Shown here piece by piece: positions 1 through 10,033 of a stretch of DNA of 64,000 nucleotides. Source of the DNA: a virus (lineage: Duplodnaviria > Caudoviricetes); IMG/VR virus record IMGVR_UViG_3300011444_000011, positions 1 to 64,000 of that record; one strand, written 5' to 3'. Below the pieces are notes generated by a model. It worked only from the letters and a program-made list of their open reading frames with translations. It was not told the DNA's origin and did not search any database. The translations under genes were made by a program, and so were the position numbers. The first letter of the stretch is position 1, and each line of letters starts with the position of its first letter.

Positions 1-1568
1 GGTTCATTGAACCAAGCACCATCGCTTCTGACAACCCAGCCGCAGTTCTCGCCGGCTTCTGACACCAGATGCCGGATCAAGTCGTCATAATTGCCGATCT
101 CTTTATCCTGATCGTTTTGTGATGACTTGACGCCGAACACCAGCTTCCACTTCGTCTTCTCCAGCACCCAGCCGCGTTGCGTCATTTCAGCAACTAACTT
201 GCTGTATTCTTGTCGATCGAAGTCAGATGCTGATGGAGCCGGCTGCGACGGTGCGTCGATTTGCAATATCAATCTGCCGTCTTTATGGGGTTTCAGAATA
301 CCTGGAATTGTGGCGATGCGTTCTGGAACGTCGGTCGTTGCTCCAAGAGCCTTAGCTGCTTCGACAGCAGACTTGACTTCTTTGAAGAAGAACCCGCCAG
401 TTTCCATTTCGTTCCCGCCCTTGAAGCGGGCAGCCGTTCTGATATCAGGATCACGATTTAGGTAGCATCTAGTCCAGCCGCTGCCGTCCTGATCCCACGA
501 CTCATGTTCCTGCACGTTCGGCGTGTGACGCCTCACGGCCCACCCACCACGTCGCATCGGATACGCGAAGCAATTCTGATCTGCTCCGGTTTCCCGGCCT
601 TCGCTGATCGTCTCGAACACGCCACGCATATTCAACGCGCGGTGTGCCTTCTTGAGATCGGCCGTGTGAGCAACAAGCATGTGATGATCCGTGTCGAACC
701 ACCACAATGCGTTATGCGTGTTCAGGAATTCCATTAACGCCCGATGTTCTTCGTCAAGCTGAACCTTCGGGTGCTGGCCGCAGAATTCCTCGAATGATAC
801 TGACCCGGCTTCTGGAACGAAGCCCGGCTTGTTCTTCTTCCTGGCTCCGCTGGCGACCTTGATGTGATCTTTCCAATTGATTGGAATATCAACTAGAGGC
901 TCACCTTGTTTTACCAGCTTCAAACCCATGCCGCCAGATCGGGCAAACTTACGGTGCCAAATCCAGATGTTCGAGCCGCAGTTGTCAACTTTGCTATCAA
1001 AATCAAAACCGGCCGCTGCCGACATCTTGGACAGGATCGCACGGGCGAGGGCCATGTGTTCAGTGTGATTTGCAGTATCAACTCCGTTGAGAAAGACGTA
1101 CAGGTGCAAGCCGTTGCCAGACGTGGATCGTCGAACCGTGACCCACGGAATCTTGCACGCTGTCTCCTGCACTTCCTTTAACTGCATGTCAGTGAGCTTC
1201 TGTTCGTGCCGCTCACTGTGTCCAGTAATGGCATCAAAATCAAAAGCCACATAGATGGATTTCTTATGCACCCAATCCCAGCCAGTCATGCCGATTCCCT
1301 CGGCATGCGCTTCGAGATCGAACTTCATCGCCGTGTCCGTGAACTCGGGCGTCGTGCTCGCGTGCAGCGGGATGCGGAAGTTCTTCCACGTCTGCTGCCC
1401 GTCGGACCAACCTTGCCACTGGTGTCCCTTGTACTCGCCCGTCACCCGTTCGCCGGCATCGCCAGCGACGTTGACTTGACATTCCATATCAAAGCTGTAT
1501 AGCTTCGCTAGGTCAGGCGGTGATGTTGCCATCAAAAAGTTCTTGATGGCTTGAGTCTTTGTGAGCAT
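1..1568 (-). CDS. AEP-superfamily primase-polymerase (partial, runs off the window)
   Basis: Hand translation from the ATG at 1568 (MLTKTQAIKNFL...) shows AEP motif I YVAFDFD, motif II RSTSGNGLHLY and a motif III-like KVD. It is not in the ORF track because no stop falls inside the window. Confidence 0.8.
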   Translation of the reverse strand, partial: MLTKTQAIKNFLMATSPPDLAKLYSFDMECQVNVAGDAGERVTGEYKGHQWQGWSDGQQTWKNFRIPLHASTTPEFTDTAMKFDLEAHAEGIGMTGWDWVHKKSIYVAFDFDAITGHSERHEQKLTDMQLKEVQETACKIPWVTVRRSTSGNGLHLYVFLNGVDTANHTEHMALARAILSKMSAAAGFDFDSKVDNCGSNIWIWHRKFARSGGMGLKLVKQGEPLVDIPINWKDHIKVASGARKKNKPGFVPEAGSVSFEEFCGQHPKVQLDEEHRALMEFLNTHNALWWFDTDHHMLVAHTADLKKAHRALNMRGVFETISEGRETGADQNCFAYPMRRGGWAVRRHTPNVQEHESWDQDGSGWTRCYLNRDPDIRTAARFKGGNEMETGGFFFKEVKSAVEAAKALGATTDVPERIATIPGILKPHKDGRLILQIDAPSQPAPSASDFDRQEYSKLVAEMTQRGWVLEKTKWKLVFGVKSSQNDQDKEIGNYDDLIRHLVSEAGENCGWVVRSDGAWFNE

Positions 1569-1645
1569 GTTTTGATACCAGTATCAACCTTGAATATCTT
1601 TCCAATATCAAATCAATTTGACTCCGCGACCGGCATACGGTCCCG

Positions 1646-1974
1646 ACATATAGGATAGTCCCAAACCGGAATTTTCCGGCAAAACTTACCGATTTATTTT
1701 GGGCAGGTCGCTAAGGTCATACGGCGCAACGGGTTACTACTTTGACTTACAACTCTTTATATTTAAGGTATAGGAAACCAGAAAAGAGAGAAGAAAAGAG
1801 AGTACCATAAGGGCGTACCTGTAAATGAGTGGTGGTAAGGGAAACAGTCAGCCCGACGGCCCGACCGTCGGCCCGTTCACTGCTTTGTTACCGCGCCCGC
1901 GCGAAGCAAACCGCGTGCCAAAAATTCCTAAAATTCCCCGCCGAAATTTGCCAGTTTGGGACTATTCTATATGT
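1646..1974. promoter_or_regulatory. Divergent promoter region with a 34-bp imperfect inverted repeat (core TTTGGGACTATYCTATATGT)
   Basis: 1646-1679 (minus, facing the primase) is nearly the reverse complement of 1941-1974 (plus, facing ParB). The same core recurs at about 61217-61230. Confidence 0.6.
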
Positions 1975-2072
1975 AGCGGTTGCACACTGCCATAGGTAGT
2001 CCCCTGATTTGATATTCGCAAATTTGCCTAGTTTGATACCAGTATCACAAACACTTCTGGAGTTCATTGAAG

Positions 2073-3053
2073 ATGTCAAACGCTGACAAAAAGCTCGACC
2101 TTCGTAACATTTCGATTTCCGATATCAGGGAGAACCCTGTTGCCCTCCGCGGTGTTGACCGCGAGAGCGACAAGTACAAGTCGGTTCGCGACAGCATCGC
2201 GGCCCGCGGCATCTTGCAGCCGATCAACGTCCGCGAGAAGAATGACCCGGATGGCAAGGTGTACTACGAGGTCGTGGACGGCCTGCAACGGTACAGTTGC
2301 GCCAAGGATGTCGGCCTGACGACGATTGGCGTCAGTGTGATTTCCGCATCAGACGCGGAAGTGCTCGAAACGCAGATCATCACCAACCTGTGCCGCGTTG
2401 ACACGAAGCCGGTGGAATTCACCAAGCAGCTTCAGCGCATGATCGTGATGAATCCGACGATGACCTTGTCGGAAATCGCCGAGCGCGTCAATCAGTCGCC
2501 CGCGTGGGTTACGGGCCGGTTGAGCCTGCTGAAACTGGACGCGAAAATCCAGGAATCGGTGGACGCCGGTGATATCAACGTCAGCAACGCCCAGGCGTTG
2601 TCGAAGTTGCCGAAAGAGGAACAGTTCAACTTCCTCGAACAGGCCATGCAGTTGCAGCCCGGCGAATTTCTGCCGATCGTGCAGAACCGCGTCAAGGAAC
2701 TCCGCGACGCTGCCAAGACCGGACAGGCTGCCGGCGAAACCCAGTTCGTTCCGACCTCGCACTTGCGCGGGAAGAAAGACCTGGAAGCCGAAATGGCGTC
2801 TCCCGCCGTCGGCCCGGCCATGTGCTCTGCGCTCGGTCTGACGACCGCTGCCCAGGGTTTCGCGGCTGCGATCAAGTTCGTGCTGTCGCGTGACGCGGAC
2901 TCGGAAGCGGCCCAGAAGGCCAAGTACGATGCCCGTGCCGCCGAACGTGCGGAAGCGAAGCAGAAGCGCGAAATCGAGCGTGCCGAGAAGAAGGCTGCCG
3001 AAGCGTCGGCCAACGCGGCCAAAGTCAAGGAAGCCGCAGGCGTCACCGCCTAA
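2073..3053 (+). CDS. parB: ParB/Spo0J-family protein 1 (ParB-N + HTH + Ala/Lys-rich coiled coil), with degenerate CTPase motifs
   Basis: SIAARGILQPINVR...VVDGLQRY...IITNLCR, followed by HTH TLSEIAERVNQSPAWVTGRLSLLKL. GGAG RBS upstream. Confidence 0.88.
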   Translation: MSNADKKLDLRNISISDIRENPVALRGVDRESDKYKSVRDSIAARGILQPINVREKNDPDGKVYYEVVDGLQRYSCAKDVGLTTIGVSVISASDAEVLETQIITNLCRVDTKPVEFTKQLQRMIVMNPTMTLSEIAERVNQSPAWVTGRLSLLKLDAKIQESVDAGDINVSNAQALSKLPKEEQFNFLEQAMQLQPGEFLPIVQNRVKELRDAAKTGQAAGETQFVPTSHLRGKKDLEAEMASPAVGPAMCSALGLTTAAQGFAAAIKFVLSRDADSEAAQKAKYDARAAERAEAKQKREIERAEKKAAEASANAAKVKEAAGVTA

Positions 3054-3089
3054 GTCTGATTTGAACATCAGATCGAAACGGTAAATAAC

Positions 3090-3129
3090 CGGCACCGTTT
3101 TGATATCAGTATCAAAACGGTGCCGTTTT
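3090..3129 (+). terminator. Hairpin/terminator with the dispersed palindrome at its apex
   Basis: CGGCACCGTTTTGATA-TCAG-TATCAAAACGGTGCCG followed by TTTT, directly after ParB1. Confidence 0.6.
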
Positions 3130-3157
3130 CATTCACTTTCACCAGAGAACCAAAAAC

Positions 3158-3892
3158 ATGGATTCGCCACAGATTAACGACCCTGAACTCATTGCACGTT
3201 CGCAGGACGCCGCATACGACAACGATCTCATTTCTGTTGACGCTGCCGGCGGCGACCTCATGCCGCAGATGGACGAGAAGCAGCTTGCTGCGGTTTCGTC
3301 CAGCGGTGATTTCCTTCCTCGTCTCCAACTCTTCGGCGGCAACTCCGATGCCTGCAAGAAGGGTCAAATTCAGATCGCCCATTACGGTCTTGTGACCGGC
3401 AAGGATACGATCGAAGACATGGGCAAGGAAGTTGATATCATCGTCATTTGCGGACGGCCGAAAGCCCTTCGCATTTGTGACGATGGCACCATCATCACCA
3501 AGTTTGATCCGAACGACGACGAGTTCAAGAAGATCATGGAAGACTCGAACGTCGCTGACTCCGGCTGTATGTACGGCCCGGAATTCATGGTGTTCGTGCC
3601 TGATGTTCAACGCTTCGCCACGTTCTTCATGTCGTCGAAGACCGCTCGCCGCTCCGCCGCCTCTGTCCACGCTCGATTGCGTAAGGCAGCCACGCTGAAG
3701 GCCGAGTTCATCGAGACGAAGAAGTATTCGTGGCACGGCCCCGTTTGCGTCCCGTGCTCCAGCCCAATGTCGGCTCCGAGCAACGAGGACATTGCAGCCG
3801 CGGTGAAGAAATTCACGTCGGCGAAAGAATCGTCCGTCGAGACAGTTGCAGCACCCGCCGGTGGCGATGCCGCAACCGCTCGCGCACGGTAA
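3158..3892 (+). CDS. Putative ssDNA-binding/replication protein
   Basis: Acidic N-terminus, LPRLQL motif, beta-rich core and position in the replication module. Family resemblance only. Confidence 0.4.
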   Translation: MDSPQINDPELIARSQDAAYDNDLISVDAAGGDLMPQMDEKQLAAVSSSGDFLPRLQLFGGNSDACKKGQIQIAHYGLVTGKDTIEDMGKEVDIIVICGRPKALRICDDGTIITKFDPNDDEFKKIMEDSNVADSGCMYGPEFMVFVPDVQRFATFFMSSKTARRSAASVHARLRKAATLKAEFIETKKYSWHGPVCVPCSSPMSAPSNEDIAAAVKKFTSAKESSVETVAAPAGGDAATARAR

Positions 3893-3963
3893 CACACTCG
3901 ACGCACCACTCATTGCGACGTGCATCAAGGTCGAGTTACGACCCGGCCTAATTAAGCCGGTTG

Positions 3964-3991
3964 GCCGGTTTGATACCAGTATCAAACCGGC
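3964..3991 (+). terminator. Hairpin with the dispersed palindrome at its apex
   Basis: GCCGGTTTGATACCAGTATCAAACCGGC followed by TGTTT. Confidence 0.5.
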
Positions 3992-3996
3992 TGTTT

Positions 3997-4069
3997 GGTG
4001 GGGATAGCTTAACGGTAAAGCACTGGCACTGATAACGCCAGAGTCTAAGGTTCGACTCCTGCCCTGCCT
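3997..4069 (+). tRNA. Degenerate tRNA-like gene (possible Ile-GAT; 19-nt anticodon arm)
   Basis: D arm TAGCTTAACGGTAAAGC, anticodon arm CTGGC-ACTGATAAC-GCCAG, T loop GGTTCGACTCC. T and acceptor stems are imperfect. Confidence 0.55.
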
Positions 4070-4154
4070 CTTTGACCCTTCGTACTAAACGCAAGAAATA
4101 CACCGGGCCTATGTCCCGGAAATGATGTATCGCAATCATCAGGGTCATGCCACA

Positions 4155-4688
4155 ATGATACCGCAAATCAAACCGATCGGCGGGACACAAATCTGCTGGG
4201 ACGTATTTCTTCAAGCCTGTACAGATTCGCTGGGGTATTCGCCAATTCGCGGTGTTGACTCACTCGCCCGCGAATTGTCGGACCCGGCCAAACTGCTTGC
4301 TTCACTGGCTGCGTTCCACAACAAGCAAAACGTCAAGGCTCCGCTCGCAGCGATTAGGAACGCTGGCTCACTGCTTCGGCATTTGAGCTATGCGTTCCTA
4401 ATCTACTGCGATGAGCATTTGATATCCGATATCAGGGAACGGTCCCTGCTGAATGTGACTTCGACAAACGCCGCAGATGGCGAGCGGGTTGCATACGTGA
4501 GCGGAAGCCTCTTTGACTTCCATACTGCAACGCTGGAGTGTTGCACCGAAGACTCGCCATTTGATATCCGATATCTATTCGATGCCTTCGTACTCTACTT
4601 TGAGTCGATCGGCCTCGGAGACATCTGGCACGATCAACGGAAGAAAACTCTCAAAGACAAAACCTTCCTTTTGGAATACATACCATGA
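4155..4688 (+). CDS. ThyX/Thy1-fold-like protein, apparently degenerate
   Basis: LLRHLSYAFLI and YVSGSLFDF...SPFDIRYLF resemble ThyX segments, but the RHR-x7-S signature is absent. Confidence 0.4.
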   Translation: MIPQIKPIGGTQICWDVFLQACTDSLGYSPIRGVDSLARELSDPAKLLASLAAFHNKQNVKAPLAAIRNAGSLLRHLSYAFLIYCDEHLISDIRERSLLNVTSTNAADGERVAYVSGSLFDFHTATLECCTEDSPFDIRYLFDAFVLYFESIGLGDIWHDQRKKTLKDKTFLLEYIP

Positions 4689-6664
4689 CGCCAGAAGTTC
4701 TCAAACTTACGATCGGCAAGTACCGATACCCGGTAAATATGTATCGGTTCGAGGGCCGACTATACTTCCAGTTTCCGTTCAACAAGAATTTGATGGCGGA
4801 AATCAAGTGCATGGCCGGGAGTAAGTTTCACTTCTACAACGAAACAGAAGAACGTAAGAAGTTCCTCGCCGCGGAAATGGGCACCGCGAAGATTTGGTCT
4901 GTCACTGATAACCAGCGAAACTGGTTTCAAATTCAGATGATGCAAGGCATCAATATGTTCGAGCGGTACGATTCCCCGCTCAAGCCGGTAGAGCCGCGAC
5001 GTGACTGTTTGAGAGAGAACCAGAAGTTGGGCCTCCAGTTCACGATGACGCGGCATTATTGCATTCTCGCTGCTGAAATGGGTACTGGTAAAACGCTGGT
5101 AGCCATTGAGACGATGGAGCAATCCGGGTTTGAGGACTGGTGGTACGTCTGTCCGCGCGGCGTGATGAAAGAAATCGAGAGGCAACTCCGATCTTGGAAA
5201 TCAACCGCCAAGCCTCGTCTGATGACCTATGAAGGTCTGACGAAGGAAATGAAGAACTGGCCCGAAGGGAAGAAGTACCCCGGCGGAGTTATCTTCGATG
5301 AATCAAGCCGAACCAAGAACCCATTCGCAATCAGAAGTCAAGCGGCCAAATCACTGGCTGACGGCATCCGAAACGATTGGGGAGAACACGGCTATGTGAT
5401 ATTGATGTCAGGATCACCGGCTCCGAAAGCCCCGGTGGACTGGTGGTCGCAATGTGAGATCGCGTGTCCTGGCTTCCTGCGTGAAGGTGACGTTGACAAG
5501 TTCAAATATCGGCTCGGCATCTTCGAGGAAAGCTCGTCGTTGCAAGGCCAGAAGTTCCTCAAGAAAGTGGCGTGGCGGGATGACGACAAACGCTGCAACA
5601 TCTGTGGACTCTACGAAGATCATATTATTCACAGCGAACTTGCTGCGTCAATGGGAGAAGAGAAGCCGCACGCCTTCTTCGGATCAACCAACGAAGTCGC
5701 CAATCTCTACAAGAGAATGGAAGGCTTGGTCATGGTTCAATTCAAGAAGGATTGCGCTGACCTGCCCGACAAACAATACCAGATCATCGAATGCACACCC
5801 AGCAAAGCAATGCTTCGTGCCGCATCGTCGATCACGAACCGGACGAAGAGCGCGGCGCAGGCATTGATCCTGCTGCGAGAATTGTCCGACGGCTTCCAAT
5901 ATCTGGAAGAGCCGGACGGCGAAGTCAGTTGTCAAGTCTGTGCTGGCACCGGGGAGTGTGATGATTTTGAAATCAAACCGGAGTATCAGCAGGCTTATGA
6001 CGCTGGAGACCTTACGTTTGAGCAGGCTGTCGCTGACGAGAAAGTCCAGAAGGTCAGGGCACCGTGCTACGTCTGCGACGCCAAAGGTATGGTGCCGCGT
6101 TATGTCCGAGAGACGCAGGAAGTTGAATGCCCGAAGGAACAAGCCCTTCGGGACTTGCTCGATTATCATTACGATGATGGACGGCTGGTTGTCTACGCTG
6201 GCTTCACTGGATCAATCGAGCGTTGCTGTCGGATTGCGACAGCGGAAGGCTGGGCGATCATTCGTGTAGACGGCCGCGGATGGTCGATGGCCAACGCGGA
6301 CGGTACGATGATGCACGGCGACGCGCTTGATATCTTCCAAGATAAACAGGAAGAACATCCGCGTGTCTGCTTCATCGGCCAGCCCGGTGCGGCTGGTATG
6401 GGTTTGACGTTGACAGCAAGTAAGTCGATCGTCTACTACAGTAACGACTTCAACGCCGAGAGCCGGATTCAGTCGGAAGACCGTATCCATCGTCTCGGTA
6501 TGGACGTGAACAAGGGAGCGACGATTTACGATCTGATCCACTTGCCAACCGATATGCTCGTTCTGAACAATCTGAAGGAAAAGCGACGGTTACAGTCCAT
6601 GACGATGGGACAGGTCGCCGACGCGCTTAAAGGCATCGGAGAAAACGACGAAAGGCTATTCTGA
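4685..6664 (+). CDS. SNF2-family (SF2) helicase with zinc-finger insertions
   Basis: EMGTGKT, IFDES, SGSP, GAAGMGLTLT and QSEDRIHRLG, with insert CQVCAGTG...CYVCDAKG. Confidence 0.9.
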   Translation: MTPEVLKLTIGKYRYPVNMYRFEGRLYFQFPFNKNLMAEIKCMAGSKFHFYNETEERKKFLAAEMGTAKIWSVTDNQRNWFQIQMMQGINMFERYDSPLKPVEPRRDCLRENQKLGLQFTMTRHYCILAAEMGTGKTLVAIETMEQSGFEDWWYVCPRGVMKEIERQLRSWKSTAKPRLMTYEGLTKEMKNWPEGKKYPGGVIFDESSRTKNPFAIRSQAAKSLADGIRNDWGEHGYVILMSGSPAPKAPVDWWSQCEIACPGFLREGDVDKFKYRLGIFEESSSLQGQKFLKKVAWRDDDKRCNICGLYEDHIIHSELAASMGEEKPHAFFGSTNEVANLYKRMEGLVMVQFKKDCADLPDKQYQIIECTPSKAMLRAASSITNRTKSAAQALILLRELSDGFQYLEEPDGEVSCQVCAGTGECDDFEIKPEYQQAYDAGDLTFEQAVADEKVQKVRAPCYVCDAKGMVPRYVRETQEVECPKEQALRDLLDYHYDDGRLVVYAGFTGSIERCCRIATAEGWAIIRVDGRGWSMANADGTMMHGDALDIFQDKQEEHPRVCFIGQPGAAGMGLTLTASKSIVYYSNDFNAESRIQSEDRIHRLGMDVNKGATIYDLIHLPTDMLVLNNLKEKRRLQSMTMGQVADALKGIGENDERLF

Positions 6665-6828
6665 TGTCAAGATCAAATTGCCGATCGAAAGGTGCAGGTT
6701 ATGAATGGTGGAACAAGCGCCCAATGGCCGGAGCTTCGCCGTCGGCACTTAACAAAAGAATCTGCAACCAGATCGAGCGTGCCAGAGCCAAACGCGAGGT
6801 CGAACGTGCCAAATCCGAATTGTCCTGA
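6664..6828 (+). CDS. Small basic protein (54 aa)
   Basis: MSRSNCRSKGAGYEWWNKRP... is translationally coupled (TGATG) to the helicase and is below the ORF track cutoff. Confidence 0.5.
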   Translation: MSRSNCRSKGAGYEWWNKRPMAGASPSALNKRICNQIERARAKREVERAKSELS

Positions 6829-7399
6829 ATGCCACGGAACTGGAATCTATCGCGGCGGGCTGCACGGCCACCCTGAACCGTGCAGCCTGTGCTCGCGTGA
6901 GATTCAGTTCGGCGACGGCGTGACGATTGCTCCTGAATTCGAGAATCCGCCTATTACGATAAAGGCTCCGCAGGCTATTGACCAGTCTGACTACATGATG
7001 GTGGTCAGGGCCGCATGGCGTCACTCGTGGGAAGAACGGCTCGAACGAAAGGGTGAAGTTACTCTAATCGGTAATAGCAAGGAATCTGTGATTATGAACT
7101 CAATGGGCTACATCGCCCACTTGCATAACATTCAGCTTCCATTGCCGGAAGATATTGACGATATTCTTTCTGTGCTCCGGTCGGCGGTCGATGCCGCAGC
7201 CGGTATGGCGATATGGAGAGTAGCCCGATCCCGCGGGCCGGTATACACAGCGCGAGAGTGTCCTATCTCTTTTCACAGAGCATCTGATGATGTTCTTGAG
7301 CAGGTCTACATCTGCCCTGATGTTAAAATCAAATTGGGTGGCCCACGGGTATATGGGTCGGCTGTATTCCACTACTACGCTGATTGGATGCGAAGATGA
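6806..7399 (+). CDS. Hypothetical protein with N-terminal CxxCxGxG zinc finger
   Basis: CPECHGTGIY...PEPCSLC. GTG start inferred (track start 6692). Confidence 0.6.
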   Translation: MPNPNCPECHGTGIYRGGLHGHPEPCSLCSREIQFGDGVTIAPEFENPPITIKAPQAIDQSDYMMVVRAAWRHSWEERLERKGEVTLIGNSKESVIMNSMGYIAHLHNIQLPLPEDIDDILSVLRSAVDAAAGMAIWRVARSRGPVYTARECPISFHRASDDVLEQVYICPDVKIKLGGPRVYGSAVFHYYADWMRR

Positions 7400-8559
7400 C
7401 AAAACCCTCCGAGGGGAAAACCAAGAGCGAAAGTCAGAAGGCAATGGACCCAAGGCCCACAAAGGAACAACAGGAGACTTTGGCTTTACGATCGCAGGTG
7501 ACTCTGTTGACGGTCGAACGAAACCGACTCAAGCGCGAACTCAAATTGGGTGCGATGGAGTACGGTATCTTTCGTGCGCTGGTTGACGAGATGCAGGCCG
7601 TCGTGAGTCCGCTGGAGTCATTGCCGCCGGTTCGTAGAGTGTACGAACCGAACACTGTGAAAGAAACGCTGGTCATGCACTTGTCGGATATGCACGCCGA
7701 TGAGGAAGTTCATCCGCACATGGTTGGCGGACTCGAACGGTATGGCCTCGACGTTGCAACATGCCGTGCCGAAAGGTACGTTGATACTGTAATCAAATTC
7801 TCGCAAGAGACTTTGGCCAATCATCAGTTTGACAACCTTGTCATTTTGAGCTACGGCGACCACACGTCAGGAGAAATCCACGGCGGCGTCAGTCACTCCA
7901 GCTATCATAATCAGTTCAGGAACTCGCTGGCGATCGGTCAGCTTCAAGCCCTGATGATTCGTGATCTGGCTCCGTACTTCAAGAAGGTTGACATCCTGTG
8001 CTTGCCCGGCAATCATGGTCGCCGGACTCCGAAGAAGGAATACAATGGTCCCTGGAACAACTGGGACTATTTGATATCCGAAATCGCAAGAATGCACTGT
8101 GCTGATCTGAAGAACGTGGCGTTCCAGATTCCTGAATGTTTCAGCGTCTGCCTCAACATTGAGGGCCACCAGTTCTACATCGCCCACGGCGACGACATTA
8201 AGTCATGGAACTCGATTCCGTTCTACGGGATCGAACGCAAGACGCGACGGCTGGTTGCCCTGCATCATGCGATGACCGACACGAAGGTTCGTTACTTCGT
8301 CTTCGGCCACTTCCACATGCTGTCAACGATGAGCGACTTGAATGGCGAGACGATCATCAATGGCGCTTGGATCGGTACGAGTCCCTATGGTTACGAGAGC
8401 TTCTCCGGCTACCGTGAACCGAAACAGTTGATCCACGGGGTACATCCGAAGTACGGGATGACGTGGCGACTGGACGTGAAACTGAAAGACGTTGAGGCCG
8501 AAGCCAAAGGCCCGCAGCGTTACAAAATGATCCTTGCGGACAAGGAATTTTCCCAATAG
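7396..8559 (+). CDS. Calcineurin-like metallophosphoesterase with N-terminal coiled coil
   Basis: SDMH, GD, GNHG, HGD and GHFH motifs in order. Confidence 0.85.
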   Translation: MTKPSEGKTKSESQKAMDPRPTKEQQETLALRSQVTLLTVERNRLKRELKLGAMEYGIFRALVDEMQAVVSPLESLPPVRRVYEPNTVKETLVMHLSDMHADEEVHPHMVGGLERYGLDVATCRAERYVDTVIKFSQETLANHQFDNLVILSYGDHTSGEIHGGVSHSSYHNQFRNSLAIGQLQALMIRDLAPYFKKVDILCLPGNHGRRTPKKEYNGPWNNWDYLISEIARMHCADLKNVAFQIPECFSVCLNIEGHQFYIAHGDDIKSWNSIPFYGIERKTRRLVALHHAMTDTKVRYFVFGHFHMLSTMSDLNGETIINGAWIGTSPYGYESFSGYREPKQLIHGVHPKYGMTWRLDVKLKDVEAEAKGPQRYKMILADKEFSQ

Positions 8560-8599
8560 AACTCTTTTGATATCAGTATCAACTTCCGAGGAATGAACC

Positions 8600-9460
8600 A
8601 TGACCCAGCCCGTCGCTCCTACAACGGGAATGCTCGTTCTCGACATTCCGATGGCGCGTATCTACTGTGACAGTAATTTCAACTGTCGCGGTGCGATCCG
8701 GCCATTTGATGTCGCTGATCTTGCAACGTCAATCCGGGATCAAGGATTACAATTCGCTATCAGTGTGCAACCTGCGGCGGATGTCCAGGGCGGTTTGCCA
8801 GTGAATCAAGAGGATGGCTTGCCATACGAGTATCGTATCGTGGCAGGTCATCGCCGGTACACAGCAGTCAAAGTGCTGAAGTGGGCCACGATTCCTTGCA
8901 CCGTCCGCGAGAACCTTGACGAAAAGAAGGCTCGTATCCTTAATCTCGTTGAGAATTTCCAGCGACAAGACTTGAATATCCTTCAAGAAGCGGAAGCACT
9001 CAAGCACCTGCACGAAGCAGGCGTGCCCCGCGAAACTGTCGCCCGCGAAATTGGTATGAGCGGCGGCTGGGTACAGGTTCGTTTTAATCTGCTCAATCTG
9101 CCGATCGAGATTCAGCAAGAGGCGGCTGCTGGGATGATTACCCAGTACCACATCAAGACGTTGTGTACTTTGAAGTCGCCGGAAGCACAGTACGAAGCTG
9201 TGCGTAAAATCAAAGAGGCCAAGCTGAAAGGCGAGAAGGCTCCGACTATCGGCGTCAGGAAGGCGAAGACCGCCACCATCAAGAAGAAGAGAACCGAGTC
9301 TGAAATGTTTGATATGATTGAGATTCTGGCGCAGACAACGCTGGGATATGGCATCCATACACGGGTTCTTGCATGGGCCGCAGGGGAAATTTCGTCGGCG
9401 GAATTCTTCTGCGATATCAAGAAAGCGGACCCGACGTTCTTTCCGCCGCCGGAATTTTGA
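8600..9460 (+). CDS. parB: ParB/Spo0J-family protein 2 (canonical CTPase motifs + HTH)
   Basis: LATSIRDQGL...IVAGHRRY...LVENFQRQDL, then HTH RETVAREIGMSGGWVQVRFNLLNLP. Confidence 0.92.
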   Translation: MTQPVAPTTGMLVLDIPMARIYCDSNFNCRGAIRPFDVADLATSIRDQGLQFAISVQPAADVQGGLPVNQEDGLPYEYRIVAGHRRYTAVKVLKWATIPCTVRENLDEKKARILNLVENFQRQDLNILQEAEALKHLHEAGVPRETVAREIGMSGGWVQVRFNLLNLPIEIQQEAAAGMITQYHIKTLCTLKSPEAQYEAVRKIKEAKLKGEKAPTIGVRKAKTATIKKKRTESEMFDMIEILAQTTLGYGIHTRVLAWAAGEISSAEFFCDIKKADPTFFPPPEF

Positions 9461-9468
9461 GGAACCTA

Positions 9469-9675
9469 ATGTACGAAATCTTGCTGCGTATGTTGGCGTG
9501 GTTCACTTGGGCTCACATTCAGTGGCTCATGGTTCAGTGTCTGAACGACAAGGGACTGTATCACGCCAGTTACAAGATGGCTATTCGGCTGTCCACGAAA
9601 GAGTACCAGAATAAGACCTGGGACTCGATCACCCTCGCCGACGCGATGAAAGCGCTGAAGCCCAATGATCCGTAA
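9469..9675 (+). CDS. Hypothetical protein
   Basis: GAGG RBS; fits the gene chain. Confidence 0.55.
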   Translation: MYEILLRMLAWFTWAHIQWLMVQCLNDKGLYHASYKMAIRLSTKEYQNKTWDSITLADAMKALKPNDP

Positions 9676-10033
9676 TGTAACCCACGAATACGATATCGTG
9701 ACGGGGACTGATTTCAGTATCAGTTTCGCCCGTCACGGTATCTACGTTTCGGGACACGTTCACACCTGGAATTGGCAGCCAGAATGTATCGGTACTCGCG
9801 GCATCTTCGCCGTCCGGCTCGAACTCTGGAGCCCGTTCCTGGCCGGGACGGTCTGGTGGCAGGAGAGAACCTGGAACCCGAAAGAGGGAGTTGGTGAGAT
9901 GCAATTCACCAGCACGCCCGAAGGGACTCCGATCCTGATAATGAACGAGCACAAGGAACCGTTGCTCGAATGGCGTAAGGGTCAGATCACCTACCACAAC
10001 CGAAGACATCAAAATGATCTACTTCGACACTGA
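9665..10033 (+). CDS. Hypothetical protein
   Basis: Overlapping ORF in the operon. Confidence 0.55.
   Translation: MIRNVTHEYDIVTGTDFSISFARHGIYVSGHVHTWNWQPECIGTRGIFAVRLELWSPFLAGTVWWQERTWNPKEGVGEMQFTSTPEGTPILIMNEHKEPLLEWRKGQITYHNRRHQNDLLRH

Noticed and set aside
127-1502. Plus-strand ORFs in the first 1.5 kb of the track
   Set aside because: They are shadows of the minus-strand primase-polymerase.
2073-9460. Classical parABS cassette
   Set aside because: No deviant Walker A ParA gene (KGGxGK[ST]) and no canonical parS (TGTTNCACGTGAAACA) were seen in this window.
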